A stretch of 61,897 nucleotides of DNA, the filler included, from Squatina squatina (Eukaryota): NCBI GenBank assembly GCA_031763465.1. It is 4 parts of 4 records of this genome, joined end to end, with 100 filler letters (N's around TTAATTAATTAA, not from the genome) between each part and the next. Parts side by side here need not be neighbours in the genome. Positions count along the whole stretch, not along the records: positions 1 to 12,106 come from JARFOE011131950.1; 3 more parts are not named here. One strand, 5' to 3'. Positions 1 to 12,206 of this stretch are shown here, in pieces. Position 1 is the first letter of the stretch. The number at the start of each line of letters is the position of its first letter. The position numbers were made by a program, and so were the translations under genes. The notes beneath the pieces are model-generated. The model made no database searches. It was not told the origin of the DNA and worked only from the letters and a program-made list of their open reading frames with translations.

Positions 1-711
1 CAACGTGGACCACTTTCCATACCTTGAGAGCCTCTGCTCAGAGAGGGCAGATATCGATGATGAAATCCAAACAAACACCTGTGTGTCAGTACAGCATCCA
101 GCTGCCTGAGGAAAACAGTGTTCGAAGACCAAGACCTCAAACCCTGCACCAAGCTCATGGCCTACAGGGCAGCAGTGATTCCCGCCCTCCTGTATGCATC
201 AGAGATATGGACAATATACAGTAGACATCACAAAATAATGGAGATTCATCACCAACGTACCCTCCGCAAAATCCTGCCGAACCACAGGCAGTATAGGCGT
301 ACCAATATCAGTATCGTCCCACAGGCCAACATCCTCAGCATCGAGGCACTGACCAAGCTCTAACAGAGGCATGGGCAGGCCACGTTATCCGCATGCCTGA
401 TACGAGGCTCCCAAAACAAATACACTCTTCCATGCTCCGTCACGGCAAACAATTACCAAGAGGGCAGAGAAAACGCCACAAAGAAGTCCTCAAAGCCTCA
501 CTGAAGAAATGTAACATCCCCACCGTCTCATGGGAAGACCTGCCTCAATACCGCACACATTGGAGGAGAAACCTTTGAGATGGCGCCGATCACTTTGAGC
601 TTCTACGATGGGAGCACATGGAGGAAAATCACAAACAGCGGTAGTAGCATGCAAAGCTGGTGTGGAAGCAAGTTATTTTGGACCCCGAGGGGACTGCCAA
701 AGCAAAAGAAG
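1..711 (+). mobile_element. RTE-clade (BovB-like) LINE, decayed 3' end
   Basis: Peptides TKLMAYRAAVIPALLYASEIW and MPDTRLPKQI...GQRKR; 3' end GACCCCGAGGGACTGCC plus AAG-rich tail. Confidence 0.9.
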
Positions 712-1200
712 ATTACTGGTGGTGACTTAGCTATAAAATTACTGGTGTGGACTCTACTCTAACATTACTGGTGGAGACTCTAACTCCAGCATTAATGGTG
801 CTGACTCTACTGTAACATTACTGGTTGAGAGGCAATCCAACATTACTGGTTGTCACTCTATTCAAAAATTACTGTTGGTAAATCTGCTCTAACATTACTG
901 GTGGTGACTCGACACTAACACTACTGGTACTGCCTCTAAACTCGCATTCCTGGTGATGACCCGACTTTAATTTTTATGTTTATGACTCTAATCTAAGATT
1001 GCTGATGGTGATGTACTCTGAGCATTACTGTTTTTTCATTCTACTCTAACATTACGTGTCGTGACTCTACTCTAAGAGAACTCGTGTTGACTCTATTTAA
1101 CATTACTGGTCGTGACCCTACTCTGATGTTACTTGTGGAAGCCCTACTATGACTTTGCTGGTGATGGCTCGGCTCTAACAGTATTGTTGGCAACTCAATT
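712..1200 (+). repeat. 26-bp minisatellite, consensus about ACTCTACTCTAACATTACTGGTGGTG
   Basis: Degenerate tandem units with about 26-nt period. Confidence 0.9.
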
Positions 1201-1230
1201 GTCGCAGTCATGTTGATCAACCTGCACTGA

Positions 1231-1233
<3 letters not shown>

Positions 1234-1277
<44 letters not shown>
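1234..1277. repeat. (AC)22 microsatellite
   Basis: Read directly from the sequence. Confidence 0.98.
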
Positions 1278-1279
<2 letters not shown>

Positions 1280-1430
1280 TATATCTTAGATTGTATATTG
1301 ATTCCTCACAAAAGTGAACTGGTTGGGCATCATAGTGAGTGCTTGTGGGATAGAAAAACGCCTTGTGAAAATTTGGCTCACCCTAACCCGAAACCAGTAC
1401 TTTACAGTCCTCAGTCTCTATGCTTCAACA

Positions 1431-1529
1431 ATAGATTCACCACTGGTAATATTAGAGCTGAGTCATCAACAGGAATGTTAGCGTAGTTTCACCACCAGTA
1501 ATATTATTGTAGGTTCACCACCAGTAATG
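1431..1529 (-). repeat. 26-bp minisatellite, inverted block
   Basis: Units read CACCACCAGTAATATTAGAG, the reverse complement of the consensus. Confidence 0.85.
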
Positions 1530-3892
1530 AGGAAGGCAAAGCAGTAATTCTACTCCAGCCTTGACCAATCCCTGTCCCGAATCCCAAAGCCAGACAAGAT
1601 GATCATCCTTCGTGTTTTCACTGCCAGATTCGGGAAGGACACAATCATCTGGAATGGTGTGATTGGCAGGGAAGGAGACGGGAAACCGAATTCCAACAGA
1701 GTCCTCCTGCAGACGAAAGGCTCAGAACATGGTCTTGTCATAAACAACACCCTGTTTCGTCAGAGAAAAGTACAAGAGCTCATGCACCACTTTTGCTCCA
1801 GGTATTGACTACTGCAAGACTACATCATCATTCGAGTGAGGGACCACAAAAATATCCGCATCACCCATGCCATGACAGGAGGCAATGAGTGGTAGAAAGA
1901 CCACCGCCTAATCCGTTCTATTATTTCCATCAAACCGGCCCCAAAATGGCAGCGGCAACAGAAACAATGCCAAACATAATCAACATCGAAGGTCCTAAAG
2001 GCCCAGTGTTTAAAGCCAATGAACCAGATGATACTGAATGAATCGGAGCCACAGACTGTCCACAGTGCCTGGTCTGCACTTACATTTACCATAATGAGCA
2101 CATAAGAGATTCTTGGTTTCTCTGCCAGAAAACATGAAGACTGATTTGATGAGAATGGCCAGGAGATCCACGAGCTGATAAATCGTAAACGCAAGTCGTT
2201 CTTGAATTGGAGGCACCAATCGTGGAAAATAAAACAGATCCAATGACAATTGAAGGCCGAGGTCCAACAAAGAAACCGTGACCTAAAGAACAGAATGTGA
2301 GTAGAAATAGCACAGGAGTTCCAGCAACTAGCTGACAACTACGACATGCGTAGATTCTTCAGCGCAGTGAAGACCATCTACGGTCGAACCACCAAGGACC
2401 TGCCCTACTGGGAGCTAAGAAAGGAGAGCTGCTCCTGAAGGACAGAGAGGTAGTCAGTGCCTGCTGGATGGAGAACCTCTAAGATCTCCTCAACCAAGAC
2501 TCCGTCTTTGACGTGAGTGTTACAGAATACATTCCACAGAATGCTACCCGCTACTATCTCAACACAACCCCAGCCTGACATGAGGTTGAAAAGGCCATCC
2601 GATACCTTAGAAACAACAAGGCCTGCAGTGCAGGCAAATCTCTGCCTAGGTACTAAAATATGGCGGAGAATTAGTCTTGGCACGAATCCATGAATTGTCT
2701 CCTTATTTGGAAGGAGGAGAGCATGTCAGCAGATCTCAAAGGTGCTGCAATCGTGACTATCTATAAGAAAAGAGACAAGTGTGATTGCAGTAACTACAGG
2801 GGAGTCCCCTGCTGTCTGCCGCAGAGGTCATCACAAGAATCTTCAACCATCTCCTCCGAGTGGATAAGAGCTCCTCCCACAGTCATAATGTGGATTCTGC
2901 TGATGAAGAGCCACAATGGACATGATCTTCAGTGCGCAGCAAGTCCAAGCCAATAACAGCTGTACATGGCCTTCTTTGACTTCAGAAAGACCTTCAAAAC
3001 TCTCAACCGGGAGGGATTATGGAGTGTACTTCTGAAATTTGGCTTCATGCAAACAAATTATCACATTCCTCTAACTGCTCCACGGTGACATGCAAGCCGT
3101 GATTCTCACCAAATGATCTATCAGACACCCAATAAATGTGCTAGTTGCTGTAAAGTAATGCTGCATCATCACACCAACACTCTTCTGCATTGTCCTCGCC
3201 ACAACACACCACCGAATTTCAAAGAAGCTCCCCGCTGGAATGGAGCTAATGTACAGGATGAGCGTAAAATAGTTCAAACTCCGTCACCTCCAGTCCGGAA
3301 CTCAGATAACTTCAACATCTGTCATCGAGTTGCATTATGCAGACAATCCCTACGTGGATGCCCAAATGGAGGCCAAGCTCCAAACAATCATCGATTCATT
3401 CACTGAGGCATAAGAGAGAATAAACCTTATGCTAAACATCCGAAGGACAAAGTTCCTTTACCAAACGTCTCCCTCGGCAAAACACTTCCCCCAGACTATC
3501 AAGGTCCAAGGCGAGCCCTTGGACAACGTGGTCCACTTTCCATACCTTGGGAGTCTCCTCTCAGTGAGAGCAAACATCGATGAGGAAATGCAGCGCCACG
3601 TCCACTCATGAGAATCCCTGGCTCAAGACTATCCGGACTGAAGGAGAAGCATCTATGAAGGCGCCGATTACTTCGAGTTTCAACGATGGGAGCACGTGGA
3701 GGCCAATTGGTAACATCAAGTGGAGCGCATGTCAATCCGAGCATCCAAGCGTCTCGCTCCGTCAAACACCACTTGCTCCAGCTGTGACAGGGTTTGTGGA
3801 GCCACAGAGGAGTCATTAGTCAATTCAGGAACCGCAATACTGGAGAGGAAGCAAGTCATCCTCGAGCCCGAGAACTGCCTATAAAGAATAAG
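1530..3892 (+). mobile_element. RTE LINE, long decayed ORF (EN to RT to 3' end) with internal deletion near 3605
   Basis: EN-like NSNRVLL..HGLVINNTLFRQ; KRDKCDCSNYRG; degenerate YADD (TATGCAGACAAT); HFPYLGS; terminal CxxC..H relic and AAG-rich tail. Confidence 0.92.
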
Positions 3893-4048
3893 ATGCTAAC
3901 ATTGCTGATGGTGATTCGAATCTGACATTACTGCTGGTGACACTAATCTAACATTACAGGTTGTGATTCCATTCTAACATTACCAGTGCTGGCAAGATAA
4001 TAACATTACTGATGATGATCATAGTCTAACATAACCGGTGGTGAATCA
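3893..4048 (+). repeat. 26-bp minisatellite block
   Basis: CTAACATTACTG(G/C)TGGTG-type units. Confidence 0.85.
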
Positions 4049-4051
4049 ATT

Positions 4052-5240
4052 ACCAAAGGCATATTCGGCTGTAAGCTAAAAACGAAGACGTGCTCATCAA
4101 GGACAGAGAGGCGGTCAGCGCCTATTGGAATAAGCAATTCGAGGAACTCCTCAACCAAGGCTCAGTCCTCGACGTCCGAGCCCTCAATTCCATCCTACAG
4201 CATCCTACCCACCACCACCTCAGCACAACCCCTGTTCTACATGAGGTTCAAAAGCCCATCTATCAGCTGAAAAACCACAAGGCCTTGGGCGCAGATGGAA
4301 TCACCAGTGAAATACTAAAATACGGCTGAGAGGCACTCGGGGCACAAATCCATGTCCTTATCTCTCTCACCTGGGAGGAGGAGAGAATGCCTGGAGATCT
4401 CAGATGCCAAAATGATGATCATCGTCAAGAAACAAAACAATTCTGATTGAGGAAAATGCAGAGGGGTCTCCCTGCTGTCCGCCACATGGAAGGTCATTGC
4501 AAGAATCCTCCTCAACCTTATCCTTCCAGTGGCTGAAGAGGTCCTCCCGGCGTCACAATGCAGATTCCACCCATCAAGAGGCACAAGAGAGATGATTTTC
4601 AGCGCACCCCAAATCCAAGAAGTGCAGAGAGCAGCATCAACCTCTGTACATGGCATTCTTTGTCTTTACGAAGGCCGTCGACTCTTTCAACCAGGAGTGA
4701 TTATGGAGTGTTCTCCTCAAATTTGGCTGCCCGCCAAAAGTCGGCACCTTCTTCTTCCTGCTCCACGATGACCTGTAAGCAGTGATTCTCACCAACGGCT
4801 CAACCACAGACCCAATCCACGTGCAAAGTGGGTCAAGCAAGGCTGTGTCATCGCAGCAACGCCCTTCTCTATCTTCCTCGCCGCAACACTTCATCCCATT
4901 TTCATGAAGCTTCCCGCTGGAGTTGAGCTAATCTACAGGACGAGTCAGAAACTCTTTAAACTTGGCTGCCTCCAGTCCAGAACCAAGAACAACAAAACCT
5001 CTGTCATCGAACTGAAGCACGCAGATGATGCTTGCATGTGCAGACACTCAGAAGCAGATCTCCAATTCAACGCAAATTTTCTCACTGAGATTTATGCGAG
5101 GATGGGCCTCCACTAACCTGCCCCAGCCAACAACATCAACTCCCGAATATCAAGATTCACAGCGAGCCCCTGGACAAGGTGGATCACTTTCCAGACTTTG
5201 GGAGCCTCCACTCAGCGAGCGCAGACATAGACGACGACCC
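4052..5240 (+). mobile_element. RTE LINE RT fragment
   Basis: IKDREAVSAYW, KALGADGI, LPASQCRF, GVKQG-like, ELKHADD. Confidence 0.92.
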
Positions 5241-5531
5241 AGCTCCAACATTACTGGTGCTGGCCCTAATCTAACAGTACCTGTGGTGATTATATTCTAA
5301 CATTATTGTGGTGGCATATTCTACCGTTAATGTTGGTGACACTACTCTGACAGTACTGGTGGAGATCCTACTCTAATATGTCAGAGTAGGGCCACCACCA
5401 GTAATGTTAGAGTAGGTTCACAACCAGAAATGGTAGAGTCGAGTTGCCAGCATTAATATTAGAGTCGGGTCACCACCAGTAACCTTGGAGTAGAGTCACC
5501 ACTAGTAATGATAGAGTAAAGTCACCACTGG
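5241..5531. repeat. 26-bp minisatellite with internal orientation switch at about 5378
   Basis: Plus-strand units to about 5378, then reverse-complement units. Confidence 0.88.
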
Positions 5532-6923
5532 TCCTTGTTTAAGAATGGCTGCAAGGACGTTCCCAGTAACTACAGGCTGGTCAGTTTAACATCAGTGATG
5601 GGTAAGCTTTTTGAAAACAATAACCAGGGAAAAAAATAACAGGCACTTGGAGAGGTTTGATTTAATTAAGGAGAGCCAGCATGGATTTATAAAAGGCTTT
5701 TGTAAAAGTGTTTGACAAATCTAATTGAATTTGTTGATGAAGTAACAGGTAAGGTTGATGAAGGGTATGCACTGGGTATTGTCCAAATGAATTAAAAAAC
5801 ACTTTTTGAAAAAATACCTCAAAAAGGCTGGTTAACAAAATTGATTCTCCTGAAATAGCGGGCTCAGTGTCAGATTGGATAAAAAACATGTTTTAAGAAC
5901 AGAAAGCAGCGAGTCATGGTGGATTGCTGTTTTTCAGACTGGAGGAGAGTGGACAGTGGTGTTGCCCAGGTTTCTGTGCAAGTATATATAAAGGACTTGG
6001 ATATTGAAATAAAGAGTAACATTTCAAATGTTGACGATGATCCAAACTTAACAGTGAAGATGATAACAATCGACTGCAACAGGACATAGATATTCCACAG
6101 CATGGGCAAACAAGTGGCAAATGGAATTTAATGCAGAGAAGTGTCACGTGATGCATTTTGGCAGAAAGGATAAGAAGAAGCTCTCGAGACTTGCTGGAAC
6201 TGTTTCAAAGTGTGTGCATAGAACGATGGACCTGGAAGTTCATGTGCATAGATCTCTGAAGGTGGCAGGACATATTGAGAGAGAAGTTGGCAAAGCCTAT
6301 GGGATCTTGGGATTCATAAATAAAGGCGTTGAGTAAAAAAGCAGGGAGTTTATGCTGAAAGTTTCAAAGCTCTATTTAGGACACAACTAGATTATTGCGC
6401 CCAGTTCTGGTCACCACATTTTATAAAGGACGAGGAGATGCAGAGGAGATTTACCAGAATGGTTCCAGGGATGAGGGATTCTTCCGAGGAGGTTTGGTTG
6501 GAGAAGGTGGCGGTGTTCTCCTTGGAGCAAAGGAGGTTATGGGGAGATTTAATGGAGGTGTAGAAGATTATGACAAGTGTGGTTAATGTAGGCAAAGAAA
6601 AGCTGTTCACATTAGCTGAAGGTACAAGCACTAAGGGACATAGCTTTAACATTTTGGGCAAGAGATACAGGGGGTGTGTGAGGAAGAACTTTTATACACA
6701 GCGATTGTTAATGACCTGGATTTCACTGCCTATGGAGGTGGTGAAAGTGGAGACAATCAATGATTTCAAAATAAAATTGGATAGGCAATTGAAGGAAATA
6801 AACTTGCAGGGCTACTGGGATAGAGCGGGACTGACTGGTTTGCTTTACAGAGAGCTGGCATGGATTCTACGGGCCGAATGTTCTCCTTCTGTGTGATAAT
6901 GACTATGACTTTACATGACTCTA
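5532..6923 (+). mobile_element. CR1-clade LINE, 5'-truncated, RT to 3' tail
   Basis: NYRLVSLTSVMGK, SQHGF, WQMEFNAEKCHVMHFG, TKGHS; 3' end GGGCCGAATG..CCTTCTGTG followed by an ATGACT tail. Confidence 0.93.
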
Positions 6924-7700
6924 TTGTAGCATTACTGTTGGTGAGCTTACACGAACATTAACGATGGTGCCTCTACTCTAAGATTACTCATGACCACTTC
7001 AGTCCAGCATTATTGGTGGCTTATCGAAACTGACATTACTGATGGAGATCTGACTCTACCTTTAGTTTTCATGACTCAGCACTAACATTACTAATGGTGC
7101 CTGTACTCCAACCTGATTGATTGTGATTCTTTTTTAACATTACTGGTGGCGACTCTAATCTAACGTTAGTGGCAGTGAAACTGCTCTTTCATTACTGATG
7201 CTGGCCCTACTCTAATATTACTGGTAGAAATTCTAGTCTAACTATACTGGTGGTAACCGAACTCTAAAATGGCAGATGACACTACTCTGACGTATGGGGA
7301 ATCACCCTGCTCCAACATTACCAGTATTGACCCTACTCTAACAGTTATGTTAATGATCCTACTCTGACATTTATGATGCTGGTTCGGATCCAACATTAAT
7401 GCTGATTATTCAGCTCTAACAGTATAAGTGATGACGCTACACTAAAATTACTGGTGATTACTCTATTCTAATATTGCTGTTGGTGTTCCGAATTTAACGT
7501 AACTGGTTGAGGCAATGATCTAACATTCCTGGTGGTGACTCTAATCTAGTATTATTGTTTGTAACTCTACTCTAGCATTACTGGCACTGACTCTACTATA
7601 AGTTAATGGTGGTGAACCTACTGTAATACTACTGGTAGTGAATCTACTCCAACGGTACTTGTGTTGAATCTACTCTAACAGTAACGATGGTGACTATAAT
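6918..7700 (+). repeat. 26-bp minisatellite, longest block
   Basis: About 30 degenerate units. Confidence 0.9.
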
Positions 7701-7701
7701 C

Positions 7702-7945
7702 TTATTCCACCATCCTTTCAAGAAATGCATGTCAGATCCGAATACCCTCTGTGTCAAAATAATATTCTCTTTATGTTCCCTCCAGTTCTTTTGCTAATTA
7801 TTTTATATCTGTGAGCCCTGTTGTCAATCCACTCGCCAAGAAATCGGTTTCTCCCTAGTTGCTCCAATAAAACACCTCATAATTTTGAATATACTGCAAG
7901 GTGCCCCCTTTACACTTTCTGCTCTGATGCGAACTATACTAGGTT
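7702..7945 (-). mobile_element. CR1 3' fragment, highly decayed
   Basis: Resembles the reverse complement of the CR1 ORF2 end seen at about 6500-6750. Confidence 0.6.
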
Positions 7946-7949
7946 TATG

Positions 7950-8415
7950 TTTTTTATTCGTTCTTGGGATGTGGGTGTCGCTGGCTAGGCCAGCAGTTAT
8001 TGCCCGTCCCCCCTTGCCCTTGAGGAGGTGGCAATAAGCCCTCTTGGACTGCTGCAGTCCATGCGGTGAAGACACTGCCAAAAACTGTTGACGAAGGAGT
8101 TTCAGGACTTTTACCCAGCCATGAGGAAGGAACGTTGAAATATTTCCAAAACAAGATGATGTGTAACTTGGGGAGGGCGGGGTTGGGGATGTGGGGGTGA
8201 CTTGCAAATGATGGTGTTCCCATGTGCTTGCTGCCCGAGTCCTTCTAGGTGGTAGAAGTCGCAGGTTTGGGAACTGCTGCCGAAGAAGCCATGGCGAGTT
8301 CCTTCAGTGCATCATGTAGTTGGTGCACACTGCAGCCACGGTGCCGCGGTGGTAGATGGGGTGAATGTTTAAGGAGGTGGATGGGGTGCCAGTCAAGCAA
8401 GTTGATTTCTCCTGA
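7950..8415 (-). mobile_element. CR1/L2-superclade LINE 3' end (second family)
   Basis: Minus strand reads ..HGLQQSKRAYCHLLKG and ends in CCCACATCCCAAGAACGAATAAAA. A second copy lies at about 17919-18499. Confidence 0.8.
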
Positions 8416-8974
8416 ATAATTTAATATTCTAATTTACACTTCCTGGTTCAGAATTTCCATTGAGATTAATGACCGGAAATTTGGGCGAATTCCACACGGG
8501 GCACATAATCTTTCGTCCCAGATTTTCCTTTCTGCATTCTGCACAAGTGATGCTCAACACTGTCGACACAATGTCTTATATAAGGCCTTAACTGTGTCCA
8601 CAAAATGATGGTTGGGTTCAAGATGTCCTGAACATTGAGATTGAATGCTGGGGAATCAAAAGGAACGAATTCTAATTCAATGAAGGATTAGATAAACAAT
8701 ACAACTGGCCACAGGATGGAAATAAAAAGTCAGACGATTTTTTTTAAACGGGTGGCCGTTCGAAAACCCCAATTTTAGACTCGAGATGCACATTTGAGTT
8801 CTCTTACAGAACGTATGTCAGAGAATAAAACAGAGTGCTTTGTTCAGAAGATGAGGAAAAGAAGCAGGAGAGGAGAAAGTTGAAAACAGACCGAATGGAA
8901 CGACTAAAACCGGGAACAGAAAAGGATGTTTGGAGTAAAACTGAGTCAGGAAATGAATACTCCTCCCCGCCCGT

Positions 8975-10015
8975 ATCTTTTTGTTTGTACGGTTGTGTTT
9001 GCTAACGCTCCTGTGAAGTGCCTTTGGAAGTTTTAACGTGTCACAGGCGGTATGTAAATGTAGTTGATGTTTTTGTTGTAGTAAAACGTCCCTTGGTGCT
9101 TCACAAGAAACTTATGAAACACAAATTGACACTGAGCCACGTAAGGGGATATTAAGTCAGGTGATTAAAAGCACGGTTAAAGTGTGAGATGTTCAGGAGC
9201 AACTTAAAGGAGGAAAGATAGGCAGACAGGCGGAGAGGTTTGGGGATGGAATGTCAGAGCTTAGTGCCTTGGCAGATGAAGCCACGGCCGCCAATGGCAG
9301 AGCGATTAAAATTGGGGATGCGCAAGAGGCCAGAATTGGAGGAGTGCAAACAAGACTTGGTGCTCCAAGGACACGGACACCACAGATTTACATGACATAA
9401 GGTTATGGAGAATGTAAGATGGGAGGGCGGCCACGATTCCTTTGGTATAGTCAAGTCTAGCGCTAGCAAAGGAGTGGACGAGGATTTTTGTCATCACCAT
9501 CTGCAGAACATTTGACCTGGTCCATCACACCATCTTGCAAACTCTCCTTTGATTGGCCGACTATGACTGATCCAGCCTAACTCCACTCTTATCTTTCCAA
9601 TCAGAACCATGACATTCCCTGTAAGGTCTTCGTGTTCATTCCTCAGTGACCTATTATAAGCCCTATTATTTTACTCATCTACGTGGTGCCACTTGACGTG
9701 AGCTATGCTTCTTCATGTTTGTAATGGCACCCAGCTCTATCTGTCCAGCACTTCTCGTGAATCCTCCACTGACTTTCTGTTGTCTGATCAGTTTCATGAC
9801 ATCCAGTCTTGGATGAGCCGCAACATTTTTCAATTAAACATTGCAAAGACCAATGGCATAATCTTCAGCCCCTGCCAAACATTCCAAACAGTTGGCACCA
9901 ATTCCATTATCATTGCACACATTTTCACAGGTTGAACCAGCTTTTCTGAAACCTCAGCACCCGATTCGACCTGCGATGAGTTTTTGACGCTGTATCCTCT
10001 TTATCTCAAAGAACA
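8975..10015. mobile_element. L2 LINE pieces: plus-strand tail (8975-9075), minus-strand 3' part (9076-9498), plus-strand RT part (9499-10015)
   Basis: LVHSFASARLDY on the minus strand; TQLYLS and WMSRNIFQLNIAKT on the plus strand; L2 tail CCTGTGAAG..TAAATG. Confidence 0.85.
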
Positions 10016-10245
10016 TTTTCATCAAGTGGAGATAGTTAATGCTTTAAATTTGGATTTAACTTCTGGCTCCCACTTTCGCGAAAAATTCCATCATGTCAAA
10101 GCCTTTTAAAAGTCCATATACACAACATCGACCACACTGACCTCATCAACCGTCTCTGTTGCTTCAATACGATTTTCCGTTTTTAAAAAAAGGGATATTT
10201 AATCAAGCAACATTTCGAAGGTTAATAACGTTTCTCTCTGATAAT

Positions 10246-10850
10246 TGGCCCAAAGATTCATGTCCCTACTGGTGCGTACAAGTATGCACACACCCGTAGG
10301 GATCCCGCAATTTCAGGTTTAGGGCCGCGACGTGCATGCACCTAAATGCGGAGGTTGTGACCTGTCAAGTTGAGATCGCAAAGAGACCCCGGGAGAAGGG
10401 CCTCCGCGGGCTCAGAGTCGGGTTTTTTGCCCATATCTTGCCAATGAAAGCCCTTCAAATTGTTACCCTGACAAAAGCAGGCCTGCAGTCCTGTGTTTAG
10501 CAGTGTAAGAGATTTAAAAAGATGGAAAATAGAACTGAGCCACGTATTTATTTATTAAAAACTCTGTCCAGTAATGTAGGCATTTTTAGAAACTTTAAAA
10601 CGTTCTTTAAAACATTTTTTAAAATATTTGGTATTAAATATTTAACCATATAGCCTTTTAATTAATTTTAGTGTTTGGGTTGTTATTTAATTTAGTTTTA
10701 TAGGCTTGTAGGTTATTGATGTCTCCCTTCATATCAATGTTGAGCCCCGTGCAGACGGAGTTCACCATCGGTATGCATGGGGAGACCCTTACTTTGATTG
10801 GTTGGAGCTCCCACATGATCCTATCAGCGTCTGCGAACCGCATAGACCCT
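10246..10850. mobile_element. Non-autonomous DNA-transposon-like repeat (unclassified)
   Basis: CpG-rich start GGCCCAAAGATTC with an AT-rich core, an architecture seen elsewhere in the window. TIR pair not confirmed. Confidence 0.45.
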
Positions 10851-11400
10851 TAATCTCTTTGCTGCCTCGGAACTGCCCATTTAAACGGGGTGACTTTTCT
10901 ACTTTGAGAGCTGCCAACTTTTCAAGTACCTCCTCTTTATTTATGTTTTTCCTGTGGATTTTTTCTACAATCGCCACTTTTATTGTGACATTAGCAACAT
11001 CCTTTTTTTTTCTTGAAAACACATGCAAAGCATTAATTTAGTACAAACGTATTGTGATTTTGGTCTCTGCAGGGCCCGATTCCTTGAGAGCGTCGCACTC
11101 CCGGAGGATCCCAGTCCAAACTGCCTCTTCACAACCTGCCGATGGCCACTGGAACTTACCCTGTGACCAATTCCTGGAACATGCGATCGAGAAAATTTTC
11201 AGCCCTGCAGTGACTGCAGCTTCTCCTCAAGTTCAGGAAATCGGAGCTTTGGTTCCAGCAGATGGAGGCACTTCCTGCACACGTGATTATCTTGGACATG
11301 TGAAGAGCCTGATATTTGTAACAACTCACAGGGATATCCACTATTGCTGTCAATGTAGATTGCCGCATCTAAATTCAACAGTAACAGAAATCACGATGGA
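10850..11400 (-). mobile_element. CR1 fragments (ORF1 N-terminus and ORF2 piece)
   Basis: Minus strand HVCRKCLHLLEPKLRFPELEEKLQSL (CR1 ORF1 zinc-finger/coiled-coil-like) and EVLEKLAALKVEKSP. Confidence 0.75.
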
Positions 11401-12019
11401 ATCCTGAAGAGAGATTGAAAATAAAATAACATTACATTAATTTAAACGAAATTACATGAAATTAAACTAAACTGAAATAAGTGAAATTCAATTAAATTTG
11501 AGTAATTTCATTAAATTAAATCTAGTGTTTAATATAACATTTTAGGCATTGCTGTACATGGTTGTTGCCTTGAAAGGAATTAATGTCGGATTTTGCCCAG
11601 TAACATTTGTTCTGATTCTCTTATGCTCTTTGCTTCAAGAGCTGGAGAGGGTGCTGATATCGTGGGGCTGATGGACTAGGTGTTGGGTATTACTCCCATA
11701 ACCTGTTGGTCCTGTGGAATTCCGGGGCTTGGTATGATGGCCGCCGATTACTGAGAAAGTCGAAGTATTCCAACAGAAATATTGATCGGAGGCTGCATTT
11801 CCCAATTTAGGGAATCAGCCCGCGGCCTCACTTCATGCGACCCATCGTGAAGAGCGCCACAGTCTGCACTAGGGGATTCCTGATGACGTAGGGGGCGTTT
11901 CAAAAGTCGGTCTGGTGCATCATATTCTGAAACTTACAGACAATTTGTGAAACCCCTGCCGAATCTGTGACATGTCACCAGTTATGTTCAGGAACTCCTG
12001 CATCTTTCACTCCTTGAAG

Positions 12020-12106
12020 TTTGAGTCAGCATCACTAGGGAAATAGTATTAGACAAACTAAAAGGGCTAAAGGCTGACAAGTCCCCTGGACCGGATGGCT
12101 TGCATC
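12020..12106 (+). mobile_element. CR1 ORF2 fragment at scaffold end
   Basis: ITREIVLDKLKGLKADKSPGPDGLH. Confidence 0.85.
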
Positions 12107-12206
12107 NNNNNNNNNNNNNNNNNNNNNNNNNNNNNNNNNNNNNNNNNNNNTTAATTAATTAANNNNNNNNNNNNNNNNNNNNNNNNNNNNNNNNNNNNNN
12201 NNNNNN
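12107..12206. other. Artificial scaffold linker N44-TTAATTAATTAA-N44
   Basis: Stop codons in all six frames, flanked by exactly 44 N on each side. Confidence 0.97.

Noticed and set aside
712-7700. 26-bp repeats as a CRISPR array
   Set aside because: Degenerate head-to-tail units with no unique spacers, no cas genes, vertebrate context.
8798-8883. Short terminal-exon-like frame RMSENKTECFVQKMRKRSRRGES*
   Set aside because: Only an acceptor-like motif; too short and unrecognised to support a call.
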